This document shows, in pieces, positions 36,046 to 49,403 of a DNA stretch of 64,000 nucleotides (position 1 is its first letter; the number at the start of each line of letters is the position of its first letter). The notes under the pieces were generated by a model. The model worked only from the letters and a program-made list of their open reading frames with translations. It did not search any database and was not told the DNA's origin. The stretch comes from Callorhinchus milii (lineage: Eukaryota). The stretch lies in NCBI RefSeq assembly GCF_018977255.1, contig NW_024704742.1, forward strand, positions 76,386,001 to 76,450,000, written 5' to 3'. A program made the position numbers and the translations under genes.

Positions 36046-39000
36046 CTCGTCACAGTCACAATTTATAACAGTTGTCTCTGAAGGTCTTTGAGAAATTTTA
36101 ATGTTATAGGTGCTGTATTAAATCTTAAGGTTATTTTTATACACAGTATTAACCCCCATGAAATTCTTTTAATGCCCTAGAAGAGGTTTGGCATTAGGAG
36201 TTTTCCATGACTGGAATGCTTGTGAAGGTGAACGATGTAAAACATACTGGAATGCAACAGTTCCATCATATCATCTCTTGGCTACTCACTGTTGATGACG
36301 TTCGAGTGATCAATTTATGCAAAGCTTTGAGAATCTTGTTTAACCACCTTAATAGCAGGAAATGAGCCTCTTGACCCCTGACATGAAATAAAGGTGCTGA
36401 CTGAAAATGCCATTGCAACACACAGGGGAAAAAAAGTAGACTCATTTATTTTACTGAGCCTGAAGTTTCATCCGTAGTCCTTAAGGTACTGGGACCAAGG
36501 TGGCAATTGTTGAAACCAGAGGGAGGAGGAAGGAAAAGCAAAAAAAAATGCATGAGAGAAAGAGAGAGGGAGGGAAAAGAAAAGAAAAAAAATAGAAACA
36601 GAAACAAGGGTGTTGGATGCAGGTTTATCAGTATCTATTGCCACTTTTATATACTGCAACACCTTTGGATATAGTACAACACAAATTTACATTTAAATGG
36701 CGCCTTTCACATAAGGACGACATCCCAAGGTGCTCGAAATGCACTGGTTAAATGGAGGTTCATATGCAACCCCCTCGCTCATACACAAACTTTTAGAAAT
36801 TTATTTTCACAATTTCTGCTGCCCAAGAAAAATCAGTAAAGACTCGGAGATGGGCCTGAGATTCAAACAACTTTCTTCTCAGTTTTTTTCCTGTTATTTA
36901 AGGAAAGGAGATTGTGGTTATAAATTTCTAATAGCTTTGTGCATCTATGAGGGTGTCTAACATTATAAAGAATCGTGGGTCCATAAGCCATTCTACCAGA
37001 GACAACAAACAGCAGAAGGCTTTGCATGGTGTTCAAAATCTCTTATCCTACCCTATTTTTGTGATAACCTGCCCTCTGTCATCTGCCCACTCCCCCTCCG
37101 ACATTTAAAAGCCCAAATAATTGCAGAGTGACAATACCACTTTGAATATAGTGTGTGTCTGTGTGTGTAGAGGGCGGGGGGGAGGGCTGGCTGGGGGTTG
37201 TGGAAGAAACATTTTGACTAATTCCAAATCATGTTTGCAAATAATCCCTGTCTTCATTATCCTTATGTTTCTTTACAAAACCACAGTCCAGTCTGGGAAA
37301 CCTGATCACAACAACACTATTCAGGTGGGGAACAAAGGATGTTATAAAAGAAGTGTTTTGCTCCAATACAGCTATATATTTAAGGTTGTTACATTATCCC
37401 TTGATGCATTACAATTACTTAAATTCTAGCATTGCAGATGAGTTTATCCATCTGAGTGCTGGCAGGCTGTGGGCCTCCCCGATGAGTTCATTGGGATGTT
37501 CACCGTGGTCAGAGAGAATGGAACGTGTGGAAATGGGAATGGTTTACCAATCAATGGTTTATTTGTATGGGGAAGTTGTCAATGAGCCTCCAGCAACCCT
37601 GGCTTGTATAGACAGCACTTGCTAGCTGTAAGAGACCCCAAGGTTACAGGCATGGGTTTGTGATTGGTATGCTGTACCCTCTCTGTACCTCACTCTACAT
37701 CTCACTAACCTGTTGCTGAATGGCAGACACATCTATTTGCTAAAGCACCTCACATGAGAACCTGGATTAAGGAGTTGGTGTTGAGAAAACCTGGGACACT
37801 AAAAATAGCAACGATTGATCCCTTGTTAATAATTGTCAGTTAATCTACATTACGCAGGTTACTATTTTTATATAGTGACTCAAGATACTGCCTGTTATTA
37901 GATATGCCCTGTACTTACCTCACTATGTTAAAAATGAATGTTCTTCTCCATTCAGTGGTGAGCATCTATGATACATCTATGCTCTACGCATTCTTTCTTC
38001 ACCTACAAACATACAACCATTGTAGGCTGCAATAAGGAACACATTTTGGGGGTCTAGCTTAAATAACCAATTTAAACCATTGGGATTTTGCTGGGGGAAC
38101 CTGAGTTGTCTTCTTCTTTATGTAGATTGTTGCACTGACATATGCAGTGTTCACTGTGAGATATGGTATCCATTCATGTAACATTTTGGTTGTATTTTGT
38201 TTGCTGTACCTCACATCCATTAAAAATGGCCGAGATTGATTTTCTTTTAAAAGCACCAAATCAGTTTATTGTCTATCAACAATCAAAAGATCGTTATTAC
38301 AGTTTACTACAGAGAGTAAAATTACATACTTACGGCTCAGTGATCCATGATTAATCCCTATTTGTATAGTTTCCACACGCAAAGTTAGTCTCACACCATG
38401 ACTAACTCCCGTCAAATTTTGTATATAATTAAATTCCCACTTTTTTACACAGGCGTTAAATATCATTGATGTGTATTTTGTTTACGAACTCTGAGACACT
38501 ACCGTGTGTGAACTGCTCTATATAAATGCAAGTTGTTGTTTTATTTTGATGGATAATTACAATATATTGTGTTACAAAAAGGATATTCAGTTTATTTCAA
38601 GGGTACTTATTATTCCTAAACTGAATAGCTCAATCTGCATTCTATCCATGTTTAATGTTGGAACCAAATTGAAACTCAGATTTTGAGCAATTGGAGACTT
38701 TGCGTCATAGAGACTAGATGATTACCACTTCAAATACGAGACATCATACATTACGTCAAATATCTCTTGTTCAATTCATGACCTCCATATATTTCAATCA
38801 TTTTCAAATGAATAATAGTCCAGACTGTGGTTGATAAACAAGAAATGCTTGTGGATGATGACTAACCCTTCTTTACCTCATACACCAAAATTTAACAGCT
38901 GGAGGACTGTAGCAGCATTAAAAGATTATGCTACAATTTGAGATAAATTGCATCAATTGGCATTCACAGATTCCTGCTCATTTAAAGACTTCATAGCTGC

Positions 39001-39493
39001 TTGGAGATTTCATTCTGTGAGAATGCAAACTGTTTGAAAGGCTTTGTTCATGCCAAACCCATAATTTCTGGCTTGGAAAGCAAAATCCATTATTCTTTCC
39101 ACACTGGACTTGGACTACAAACTGCTTTGTAAATTAATTTAGCAATCAGTTTATTTGGTTGAGAAAGAGAGAGAGGGAGTCTGGCACAGTGTGGCCCAAT
39201 CAACAATTCATCTCCGACAGAAGCCTTTTTATTTTGATACTGTTTATTGGATTTTGTGTGATGAGACCCAACATCCACACTGTATTGATAGCCACAGTGA
39301 GCTAATATCAAGTATCAGACTTCCTATTATATGTGGAAAAAGTTCTCAGAAACTTTTTGTCTCGAATAACATTTTGAAAAGAGCTAGATACATTTTGAAT
39401 TAAGGATGAGATTAAGGAATATAAGAATGCGAACAGATGGAATTGAACAAAATGTGTTTGCAACAGTGTGATTGCTGAGATATGGAAATGACG

Positions 39494-39853
39494 TGGAGTC
39501 CTGTAGCTCAGCGGTTAAAGTACTCACCTCGCAAGTGAGAAACCTGGGTTCGATTCCCAGCAGGGCGAAATGTTGCGCAAGCTTTCTTATTCCACACACC
39601 TCTGTTTACCTAGCAGTAAGTAGGAACCCGTTAGTTAGTCGATTTCCGGGGGTAATAATTCCTTCAAAAAAAATAATAATAAATTGGTCTTCAATCCATG
39701 ACTGTTTGTAGGATACTGCTTTGCGTAATTAACTGCCGCGTTTCACCTACAAAATATACAGTCAATTAATTTTGCAGTATATTCTGTGAAACGCTTTGAA
39801 CAGTATCAAAGACGTGATAAGGTGCAATATCAAATGCAAGGATTATTATTATT
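39494..39853 (+). mobile_element. SINE family A, long form
   Basis: GTGGAGTCCTGTAGCTCAG head with GGTTCGATTCC B box, through to a (TAT)n tail. Confidence 0.9.
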
Positions 39854-40044
39854 ACAGCCAAAATGAATAGTAAAAGAGTAAGGTTGGATAAATGTTTTGT
39901 CCTTTGGTCAATTTACTTGCAGGAAAGATATTCCAGTGATGTCGAAAATTGGATAATTATCACCAGTACAACAGTCACATCCAATTCCATTTTTCAAGAT
40001 GATAACTTCCTGCTAATAATATTTTTGGGGAGTCAGTCAGGTGT

Positions 40045-40330
40045 TTCACACACTCTCCCCAGAGCTATGCTTACCTTATTTGAGAGATTAGGCACAGGTT
40101 GGTAAAATCAAGGCATGGGGACCCCAGAGTGTGTGTTGGGGTTTACAGCTGGGAGTAAGCAGCTAAAACCACATAGCTTGCCATTCATATCACTGTCTGG
40201 CCAGCTTTTCCGCTGCTTGTCTCCAGCTAGGACCATCATGTTAGGATTTTTGACTTGCAGGGTGAACAGGAGCCAAGTGGGAAGTAACTGCACCTGTGAC
40301 TGGTCTGCCTCTCAAAGTCCTGCCAATTAG
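40045..40330 (-). repeat. Family X repeat, internal part
   Basis: Reverse complement aligns with 56310-56600. Confidence 0.7.
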
Positions 40331-41063
40331 CTGTTAGGGTTATGGCTTGTAGAGTTAATAGGAGTTAATAAATAAATTCCACTGATAAATAAATGGTTAT
40401 AGTTACAAGATTTTTTTCCCATTAATATCTGCTAGTTTAGGAAACTTAATTTCATCTGTAAGTAAATAGCTGTTGAAATTTATATATTTCCTTTGACACA
40501 GTTTAGCATTTGGTATTTTTTGAACAACTTTGCTGTTTAGATTTTTTTAATATTGTAAAGCTTATCCTCAGGGCAATATAACCAGTTATACCCATTATGT
40601 TCCACATAATGCAATAATAGCATATTTGCAGATACACCCAGGAAACAATAAAGGGGTGTTGCTGCATGTGGCAACAATACTGCAATGTAAATTGTCATTT
40701 GCATACTACACTAATATTTACCATTGCAATTTCTTGCCTCTCGTGCTAAGACTCATATAAGAGAAATCTCAATGAAGAACACACCCTCTACCATTGTAAA
40801 CTGCTACAGAATCATCAAAGCTAACACTTTATTCATCAGACTTATCACGCACATCGTGCTCCAATTCGTAAGCCTTAATCTTAGCTATTGAAAGCATGGC
40901 GGATTAATAGCTCCTTTACACTGCAGTATTCCTTACTGGGCCAAATGTCACCCACTAAGACTTTCTGCTTTGGTTTCATAATGAAACTCATTTATATAGT
41001 GGAAGCCTTTTCTTTTTTTTGTATTATATAACTTTCTTTAAACTTTATTTCTCATTTTCCAAA

Positions 41064-41504
41064 TCTATACTAATATAGACAAAATGTCTGTCTGTCTGCC
41101 TGTCTGTCTGCCAAGAATGCAATAAACGATTGATGTAGAGACATGATTTATACCTCATTAGAAAGGTCTTGCATGAGGGAGTGTTATGGAATATTTTTTA
41201 CGGGGATTTCCTATTGTTGACGAGCTGTATTAAAAAAGATAATAAAAAATGCTTTAATTAAGCCCCCAAAAAGTATGCATGGTATTCTGCAACAGAGTAA
41301 CGACAGAGGTCACACACCCTTCTAGAGAGATACATCTATACTAATACAGACAAAATGTCTGTCTGTGTGTCAGGAGTTCTCCCATAGGAGTCCTCCCACT
41401 GAATCTTCCCACTGAGTCCTCCCAATAGGAGCTCTCCTACAGGATTCCTCCCAAAAGAATATGTTGCCAATATGTGAACAAGGGATGCTAACGAGTTCAA
41501 TAGT
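41064..41504 (+). mobile_element. Putative non-autonomous Helitron-like element with duplicated 5' end
   Basis: A|TCTATACTAATA head plus (CTGT)n at 41064 and again at 41335. Short inverted repeat TGAAC...GTTCA followed by ATAGT at the 3' end. Confidence 0.55.
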
Positions 41505-43692
41505 ACATTTTCTTAATCTTAAGGGATAACAATGCCTAAGAAGTGAATATCAAGCTTTTCAAGGAAACATAAAAATGCCAGATGAAAGAGAGAAGGCCGA
41601 TTAAATTAAATCGGTTGCAAGCGTAGCTGTGCTGTCATCAATTGTGCCTTGGAGACTCCGCTTAGCTGCCCCCAATGCCTGTTCAGGTGGAAATAAAAGA
41701 TCTCATGACACTATTTGAAAAGAGAAGGGAGTTTCTCCCAGTGTCTTGGCCAATAAATCCCCTAAATTAAATTGGTCACTCACTTCATGGCTGTTTGTGG
41801 GACAATCCTATGCAAATTAGCTATCCCATTCACTTACAAATACAGCTGTTACACATTACAGTAATAATTCCTGTGAAGCACTTTGATATGTCTTGAAAAT
41901 GTGATAAGGTACTATATCAAATGCAAGGATTATTATTATATGAGTTAGCAGCTTGCAGCCAACTAATTATATACAAAAAATTATGTATAAGCGCACATCA
42001 ATATGCCCTGCCAAAAATTAAGAAGTGAATGAAGAAGAGAAGTTGAACTCCATATTGACAGCATTCTGTGATGGAGACAAAGAGAACAGATCCCAAAACG
42101 TTCAACATATTCGGAGGGATGGCAGTAAAGCAACCTTGAGCTGGTGAGGACAGAAATCCAAATGCTCCATTTTAGTCATCAGAGATCTTTCACTATCTGA
42201 GGGTCCAAACAGCACCTATATCAATACAATACAAATTTACATTAATATTGTGCCATTCGCATTGGGAGGATGTCCCAAGACACTGGACAGTCGAAGGGTT
42301 GCGCCTGAACTGAGGATGGGAAGGGAAGGGTGAGACGGACCTTGAAGAAGGCGAGGGAAGGGACAAAGCGAATGGACTCCAGGATTGAGTTCCAGAGGGT
42401 CGGGGCAGATACGTTGAAAACCCAGCTGCTGATGGTAGGGTGAGTGGGGCAGGGGATGAGAAGCAGACTGGTGCCTGATGAGTGGAGGGAACTACGTGCT
42501 TTGTAGGTTTTGAGGAGGTCGCAGAGGTAGAGGGGGGCAATCCATGATACTATTTAAAGTTAGGATGAGGTTCTTGAACTCAATCCTGTGAAGAACTTTG
42601 GGACATTTTCCTTACACGAAAGGCACTAAAGCAAATGGATTATTATTATTAAGATTTAATAGAATGGGTACAATTTAATAAACAAATCTGAATTTTATAA
42701 CTTATATATGAAATAAAGTCCTCACTAAATATTTTGTGAGAGTTTGATTTGTGAATTTAATTTTGTTTTAATAAAGAGCCAGCCCTCCTCCTCAGTGTGA
42801 CCTTGCAAGAGAATTACAAGAATATAACATTCAGTTTACAGCTCTGGAGGTCTCTTCTGCATCAAGTACTGAATCTGGGTCATTTATAGTCACATAAAAA
42901 TTAATTGATGTTATAATGAGTTCAATGCTAAAAGTCTCTGGTTATCTATTGGACAAAAAGTTAAACATTTGTTGAAAGTTTCCACTCGCCACGAGTGCTG
43001 TGTATATTGAATTCTTGTTTGCAAGCTAAGTGCTGCTCCTAAAATACGATACAACACAAGCTCACCAGGAACATTCCCATAATGTTTTTAAGAACACTAA
43101 TAAATATTACATGAACTGCCACTAAAAGTTGCTCAAGGTTTGATAAATTGAGGCCAGGTGTTTAAGTGCATTTCCAAAAATAGCCACAGAAAAGCTAAGA
43201 GCTACATCAATTGGTTAAAGGTTTAAAGTGATTACACAGTAAATGCTAGTCCGGACGTTAATCCTGTGCTAAATATCAATGCTGTTCACATTCCTGTTTC
43301 ATGTTTTAATTAGTTTTATTTTACTCAGAAATGCATTATTCCTCAGTGCAGGGGACTGGTGAGAACCAGTGCTGCTTTTCAGGTAGCTGCGAGGATGGTT
43401 ACCACATGAGAATCGTAAACTGATTGTTTTTGGCAAAGCATGTGTCCTTGTGCCACCCAACTGAATATTTTGCTCCTTTTTTTAAGAGCACACATGAAAA
43501 TAAGAAAATATGAAAAGATCACTGAACCCAAGAATCTCCACAACCATATTGTGGTCAGCACCCACCCACTGCATCTCCTGGGTTAATGTCCTGCACATTT
43601 ACAATCTGAACCCCAAAGGTAACCAAGCAAAACTCCAGAATATCTATCTGTGACAATTTAAAGGACAATGTCTTAGCTTCTGTATTCATATA

Positions 43693-43870
43693 TAGTAAAC
43701 TCGTGATGACTTGTCACTCGAAGGGAAAATGGCTCAGAGACGCATTATCTGGAGTGGCAAGTTAGGCATATGTATAACTACATAAATAAATAGGACTGAG
43801 ATATTGACAGCATGATGACATAAGTGGTAGTGCCAAGGTAAACCAGAATCGAGTTATTGGGAGTTTGCAG
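43693..43870. mobile_element. MITE, second copy of the 4728-4903 family, flanked by TA
   Basis: Colinear similarity over ~175 bp. TA|TAGTAAACTC...GAGTTTGCAG|TA. Confidence 0.7.
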
Positions 43871-44534
43871 TATTAAAGAAAATTGAAAGGACAAAGGACA
43901 GTAAAGTTTTGAAAGACCATTGTTTCACTGGCTCTATAAAGTTCCATTCACAGCAAAGGTGTGAACAGCACTAGTGTGGTTACAAGATTGCTGCTGATAG
44001 TCATTCTCTCTCCCACCACAAATTGGTCATTCACTTCATGGCTGTTTGTGGGACATTGCTGTGTGTAAATTGGTTGCTGCATTCACCAACAAAATAAACA
44101 CAGCCACACAGTTTACAGTATATCCTGTATGCTTTGAGACGTGATAAGGCACTATATCAAATGCAAGGATTATTACTGCAAGGCTCACACTGGCACTGTG
44201 GCTTTAACATTGACGCTGCTGTGACCAAACTAAGTTATATGAGAAACAGTGTAATTTGAAAGCAATTAACAATCTCTCAATTAGCCCCGATTGCCTGCAG
44301 GAGCACATTGCCAATGAAATTTGGAATTTGAGCATATTTTGGCAGTATACTTACAATAACTAAGTAATAGCTATGAAGCAATGACGAGTTGCTGTGCGCA
44401 GTGCCAGTGCACTCTTTGAAATAATTTATGTTCTTTCTTTGAGCCTTCAAGCAATAATTTATTCTCTCCTTCCCTCTGTAAATACTTACAGTAGAGCACA
44501 TTAAGAGAACATAACATATATCCTATTGATTTGA

Positions 44535-44725
44535 AGGGATTATAATCCCTGGAAAAGCAATCTGCCAAACAACTGACAACTGGGTTCCTACTTACTGCTA
44601 GGTGGACAGAGGAGTGTGTGTGGAGTAAGGAAACTTGTCCAATGTGTCACCCTACCCGGGAATCGAGTCCAGGTCCTCTCGCATGCGAGCCAAGTGCTCT
44701 AACCATTAAACTACAGGACTCCACC
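44535..44725 (-). mobile_element. SINE family A, 5' half
   Basis: Reverse complement of the family A head and middle. Confidence 0.8.
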
Positions 44726-44846
44726 AAATATGGTTTTATAAGAAAGGAATGATTATTTGTATGTGGGGTTCTAAATTAATATCATACAAACTTTTATTGC
44801 GTGGGCCTGGTACAACTACAAGACTTTTATATTGGGCATCATTGAA

Positions 44847-46990
44847 TACAACAACAACAACAAGAATACATTTGTGTAGTGCCTTTCACGTTGGGAGGAC
44901 AGAGTATAGCATTTCAGACCTGAGCTGGGGTCAGGGGGGAGAAAGGGAGGGGAGGGCAAGAGGGGTGGCCGATGTCATGGTCGAAGAGGAGGGTCTTGAG
45001 GAGGGACTTCAAGGAGGCTAAGGAGGGTGTGAGGCGGAGTGACTGGGGGATGAAATTCCAGAGGTTAGGGGCAGAGTGGCTGAAGGCTCTCCAGCCAATG
45101 GTGGGGCGGGTGGGTCGGAGGATTTGGAGCAGGCCAGAGCCGACTGAGCGGAGGAAGCGGGCGGGTTGGTAAGGGGTTAGGAGGTTCCAGAGGTAGGATG
45201 GGATGAGGCCATGTAGGGCATTGTATGTGAGGACCAGGATCTTGAACTGGATCCTCTGAAGGATAGAGAGCCAATGGAGTCGGGTGAGAGTGGGGGAGAT
45301 GAGGTCACGGAGTTTGGAACGGGAGAGGACACGCGCTGCAGAGTTCTGGATTATCTGCAGCCTGTGGAGGGAGGAGTTGGGAAGGCCAACAAGCAGGGCA
45401 TTTGCTTAGTCGAGCCTGGAGGTGAAGAAGGCACGAACAAGAGTTTCAGGGGCCTGAGGGGTGAGGTAGTGGCGGAATAGGGCGATGTTACGGAGGTGAG
45501 GGAAGGCAGAGTGGGTCATGGCTTGGATGTGGGGAAGAAAGACAGTTGAGGGTCGAACAAGACCCCTAGGTTTCTGACTGTCTTGGTGAATTGAAGTGTG
45601 CAACCATGGAGGTTGATGTTGCCAGAGGCTGAGGTGCTGAGGCGCTTGCGTGAGCCAATCAGGAGGGCCTCAGTCTTGTTCACATTGAACTGTAGGAAAT
45701 TTGTCCTCATCCAGGACTTGATGTCCGACAGACAGTCTGTCAGGACAGCAGTGGTCCTGGAGTTGAGGGTGGAGGCAGATAGATAGAGTTGAGTGTCATC
45801 CGCATACATGTGGAAGTTGACCCCATGTCTGCGGATGATGTCACCAAGGGGGAGCATGTAGATATTAAAGAGGAAAGGACCAAGGACAGAGCACTGGGGG
45901 ATGCCAGACCTGACAGTGCGGGGGCTGGAGGAGAAACCGTTAGAGGCAACAAAGTGGAGACGGTGAGAGAAATAGGAATCGAACCAGGCAAGGGCAGATC
46001 CGTGAAGATTGAATACAGCGGAAAGGGGGTGTACGACAATGGAATGGTCGACAGTGTCAAAGGCGGCAGAGAAGTCGAGGAGGACAAGGAGGCAGAGGGA
46101 GCCCTGATCACAGATGTTCAGAATGTCATTAGTGACTTTGACCAGGGCTGTTTCTGTGCTGTGCACGGAAGCCGGATTGGAAGGGTTCAAAGAGGGAATG
46201 GCGAGAGAGAAAGGAGCGGAGCTGGAACGCAATGACTTGTCTAGGACCTTGTAGAGGAATGGGAGGTTAGAGATGGGGCAGTCGTTGGAGAGTAGGGATT
46301 GATCCAGGGAAGGTTTGTTCAAGATTGGGGTGATGATGGCTGTTTTTAGCGGGGGTGGAAACTGAACCGGTGGACAAGGAGAAGTTGATGACATTGGACA
46401 GGAGAGGAGCCGGAAGGTGGAGCTGGGAGACAAGGAGAGAGGTGGGGATGGGGTGGAGGAGCAGGTGGTGGATTTGAGTTTGCAGACAGTTGTGGTGAGG
46501 GAGGAGGGAATGGATGGGGTGTGGGTCATGAGGGAGAGGTGATGTGGGGATGGCTGTGGATGGGGCTGAGGTGGCTTAACGTATCCCCTCGATTTTGGAT
46601 TTGTCCAGCATCTCCTCACAGTTGGAATTTGAGGAGAGGATGGGCGAGGCATGGGAAGGTGGACGGAGGAGATTGTTTGTAGTGGAAAAGAGAAGCCGGG
46701 GGTTGTCCTTTGCCTCCAAGATAACCTTGGAGTAGAAGGAGTATTTGGCAGAGGCAAGAGCACAGCAGTCGGTCTTGGTGTGGTGAAGCCAAATCTGCTG
46801 ATGGACCGTTAGTTTGGATTTGGTCCAGGTGCGTTCGGCAGCTCGCACTTGTGCCTTGAGGGAACGGAGATGGCTGGTGTACCAGAGGGATTTACGGGAG
46901 TATAAGGCAGTTCGGGAGGTGGGGGGGGGGCAAGGGAGTCCAGAATGGTAGTGAGGGAGTTGTGGAGAAAGGAGAGTGAGGAGGGAAGTT
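44847..46990 (-). mobile_element. L2 LINE (second subfamily), 5'-truncated, RT pseudo-ORF
   Basis: [55 protein letters not shown]; (TTG)n tail at 44847. Confidence 0.95.
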
Positions 46991-47033
46991 CGGTCCATGA
47001 ATATACTGAGCTTGGGCTGGTAGAAGCACACTC

Positions 47034-47745
47034 CAACAACAATAACAACTTGGATTTATATATATAGCACCCTTTACACCGGACGGCATCTCAGAGCACT
47101 TCACAGTAATGGATCCCGGGGCCAAGACAGGGGTAGGGGGAGGAAGGTGACCAAAGGTGTGGTCAAAAAGAAAGGTCTTCAGCCGAGACCTGAAAATAGG
47201 AAGAGAGGGGGCGAGGCGAAGGAAGTGAGGAAGGGAGTTCCGAGCCTCTGGGCATAGTGGCTGAAGGCACGGCCGCTGAGAGTGAAGCGGAGGACTCGGG
47301 GGACAAGGAGGAGGCCAGACCCGGTGGAACGAAGGCAACTGGCACTGCTGTGAGGAGAGAGGAGATGAGAGAGTTAGGGACATCCAGAGGAGTGGAGGGA
47401 TTTGAAGACAAGGTGAAGATCTTGAGGTCGATCCTCTCTGGGACAGGCAGCCAGTGCAGTCTGGCAAGGACTGGGGTAATCGGGGAGCGGAGTTTGGTGC
47501 GGGTAAGAATGCGGGCGGCAGAATTCTGGATGACCTGGATTTTATGGATGGTAGTGGAGGGGAGACCGGCGAGGAGGGCATTTGAATAGTCCAGCTGAGA
47601 GGTGACAAAGGCATGGACCAGGGTTTCAGTGGCTTTTGGAGTGAGGTATTGGCGGAGACGGGCGGTGAGTCGAAGGTGGAAGAAAGCGGTGCTGGTGAGG
47701 GACCGGATGTGGGGGTGGAAGGATAATTGGGGGTCGAACCAGCGA
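47034..47745 (-). mobile_element. L2 LINE 3' fragment (third subfamily), in tandem with the preceding L2
   Basis: Own (TTG)n tail at about 47034 and C-terminal ORF2 motifs. Confidence 0.85.
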
Positions 47746-49403
47746 GAGTACGGGGTTTAGAAGTACACATGAGTTATATTATGGCATAAGGATAATAATA
47801 GTAATAATAATAATCCTTACATTTGGTTTAGCGTCATCATATTGTTGAGCAGTCTCAAAGCGCTACACAGGAAATGCTTTAAAAACTGTGTATTTTGTGG
47901 GTGAAAACACAAATATGGCTTCAGTTTCTATTGCGGATGTGACTGACTCATCTGATACAGGATTTCAAAGGTTGCTTTTGAATATGAGTGAATGCTGTCG
48001 TCAATCCTTATCACAAGATGCTAGATTGCTTTTGATGTCAGCGAAGTTTCAGATCATTCCTGAATACAGAGTGACTTTTAAAATAGAAGACTCTAGATAT
48101 TTTTCATTTTGTGGCAGAAATGATAAGTTTATTTTGGTCACCTTATTTTGGATGTCTGGAACATGCTTAAGAGTATCCATATCAGAATGGGAGTTCCACA
48201 TGGAAATTCCTGTACCTACAAGTAGCATGCTTGCAACATTACCCTGTGAATGTGGAGTCTTTGCATTTGATATAGGCCTTTCATGTCAGGAGGAAAGCAC
48301 AAAGTACTTTGTAGGATATATTGTAATGTGTAGTGCCTATGTTTTTTGTGGGTAAATGTTTGTGCATTGGAATTTAACTTTGTTATCAATGGCTGTTTGT
48401 ATGATAAACTCAGTCTAGATTAAGTGGCTAGAGCCTGGGTTAGACTGGAATGCTTACATCTTCCGACAGAAGATGAGGCATAGCTGGAGACCATATGCTA
48501 ATGTATGAATCATTGAGGATTGTGTTGGGTCCTGGGAAAGGAAAGACAACTTGAAAAGGCACATGTTATCCAAAAGGGCAGAGTTCCAGTCTTTTGAATT
48601 GCATTAAATGGCAACACCCGATTTACTGGAAGACGTCCCTTATGCAATTTTTTACTCTGCTAATTTGGAAATGCCACTTGTATTCGCTTTCACTTTTAGG
48701 TTCCATAAGTTATGTGTTCTCTCTCATGTCTCCTTCCATCTAAACAGACCCTCCTTAATAGTCCATCTTTGCCCTCATTTTGTTTGCTTAATAAACAAAG
48801 TCAAAGTAAGTAATCATCAGGGAGCGAGCAGGAGCTAACTACCACTATTGTATTTTGTTGGTGTTGTTTTATTGTTCCCTGCCCTGCCAACCATACTTTG
48901 ATTCTGTCTCCAGTTTCACATCCAGTTACTGTTCACTGGAATTGATGCCAAAGAAATGAACTCAAAACAAATCTTTGCTCCTCTTTGAGTGATCTTGTTG
49001 AAGAACATTGGCCTTTCAATTTCGGTGTGTTGCTCAGCAGTTAAAATATAACTAAGGCATCTTTCACATCTGTGAAACTAAGTTGAATTTTGGGTCAATT
49101 GTTATGTACACCTGTAGGGTGTATAATCATCGCTAACATGATCACAAGATTGGTTCAGATGAAGAAGCCCTTTCGGCCCATTGGATCTCATCCTTCCGCA
49201 ACACCTACACTATCGTCCTCCCATCAAGCCCCCTCCCCCACAGATCCACCTGCCCCGGCTCAGAGTCAGACTCCTCCACTGTTAAGCGCTCTGAGACACT
49301 ACCCTGCATGGAGGGTGATATATAAGTACGCTTTGTTGTTGTTGAAATTGCCTTTTAAAACTCTAAATCTGTATCTTCTTGTTCTACCATCTTGATGTAT
49401 ATG

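Noticed and set aside
41372..41455. Short regularly spaced repeats (CRISPR-like?)
   Set aside because: Tandem ~14-nt units without unique spacers, no cas genes, eukaryotic context.
47888..48355. 155-aa ORF
   Set aside because: Begins and ends in SINE-tail remnants; no recognisable motif or splice support.
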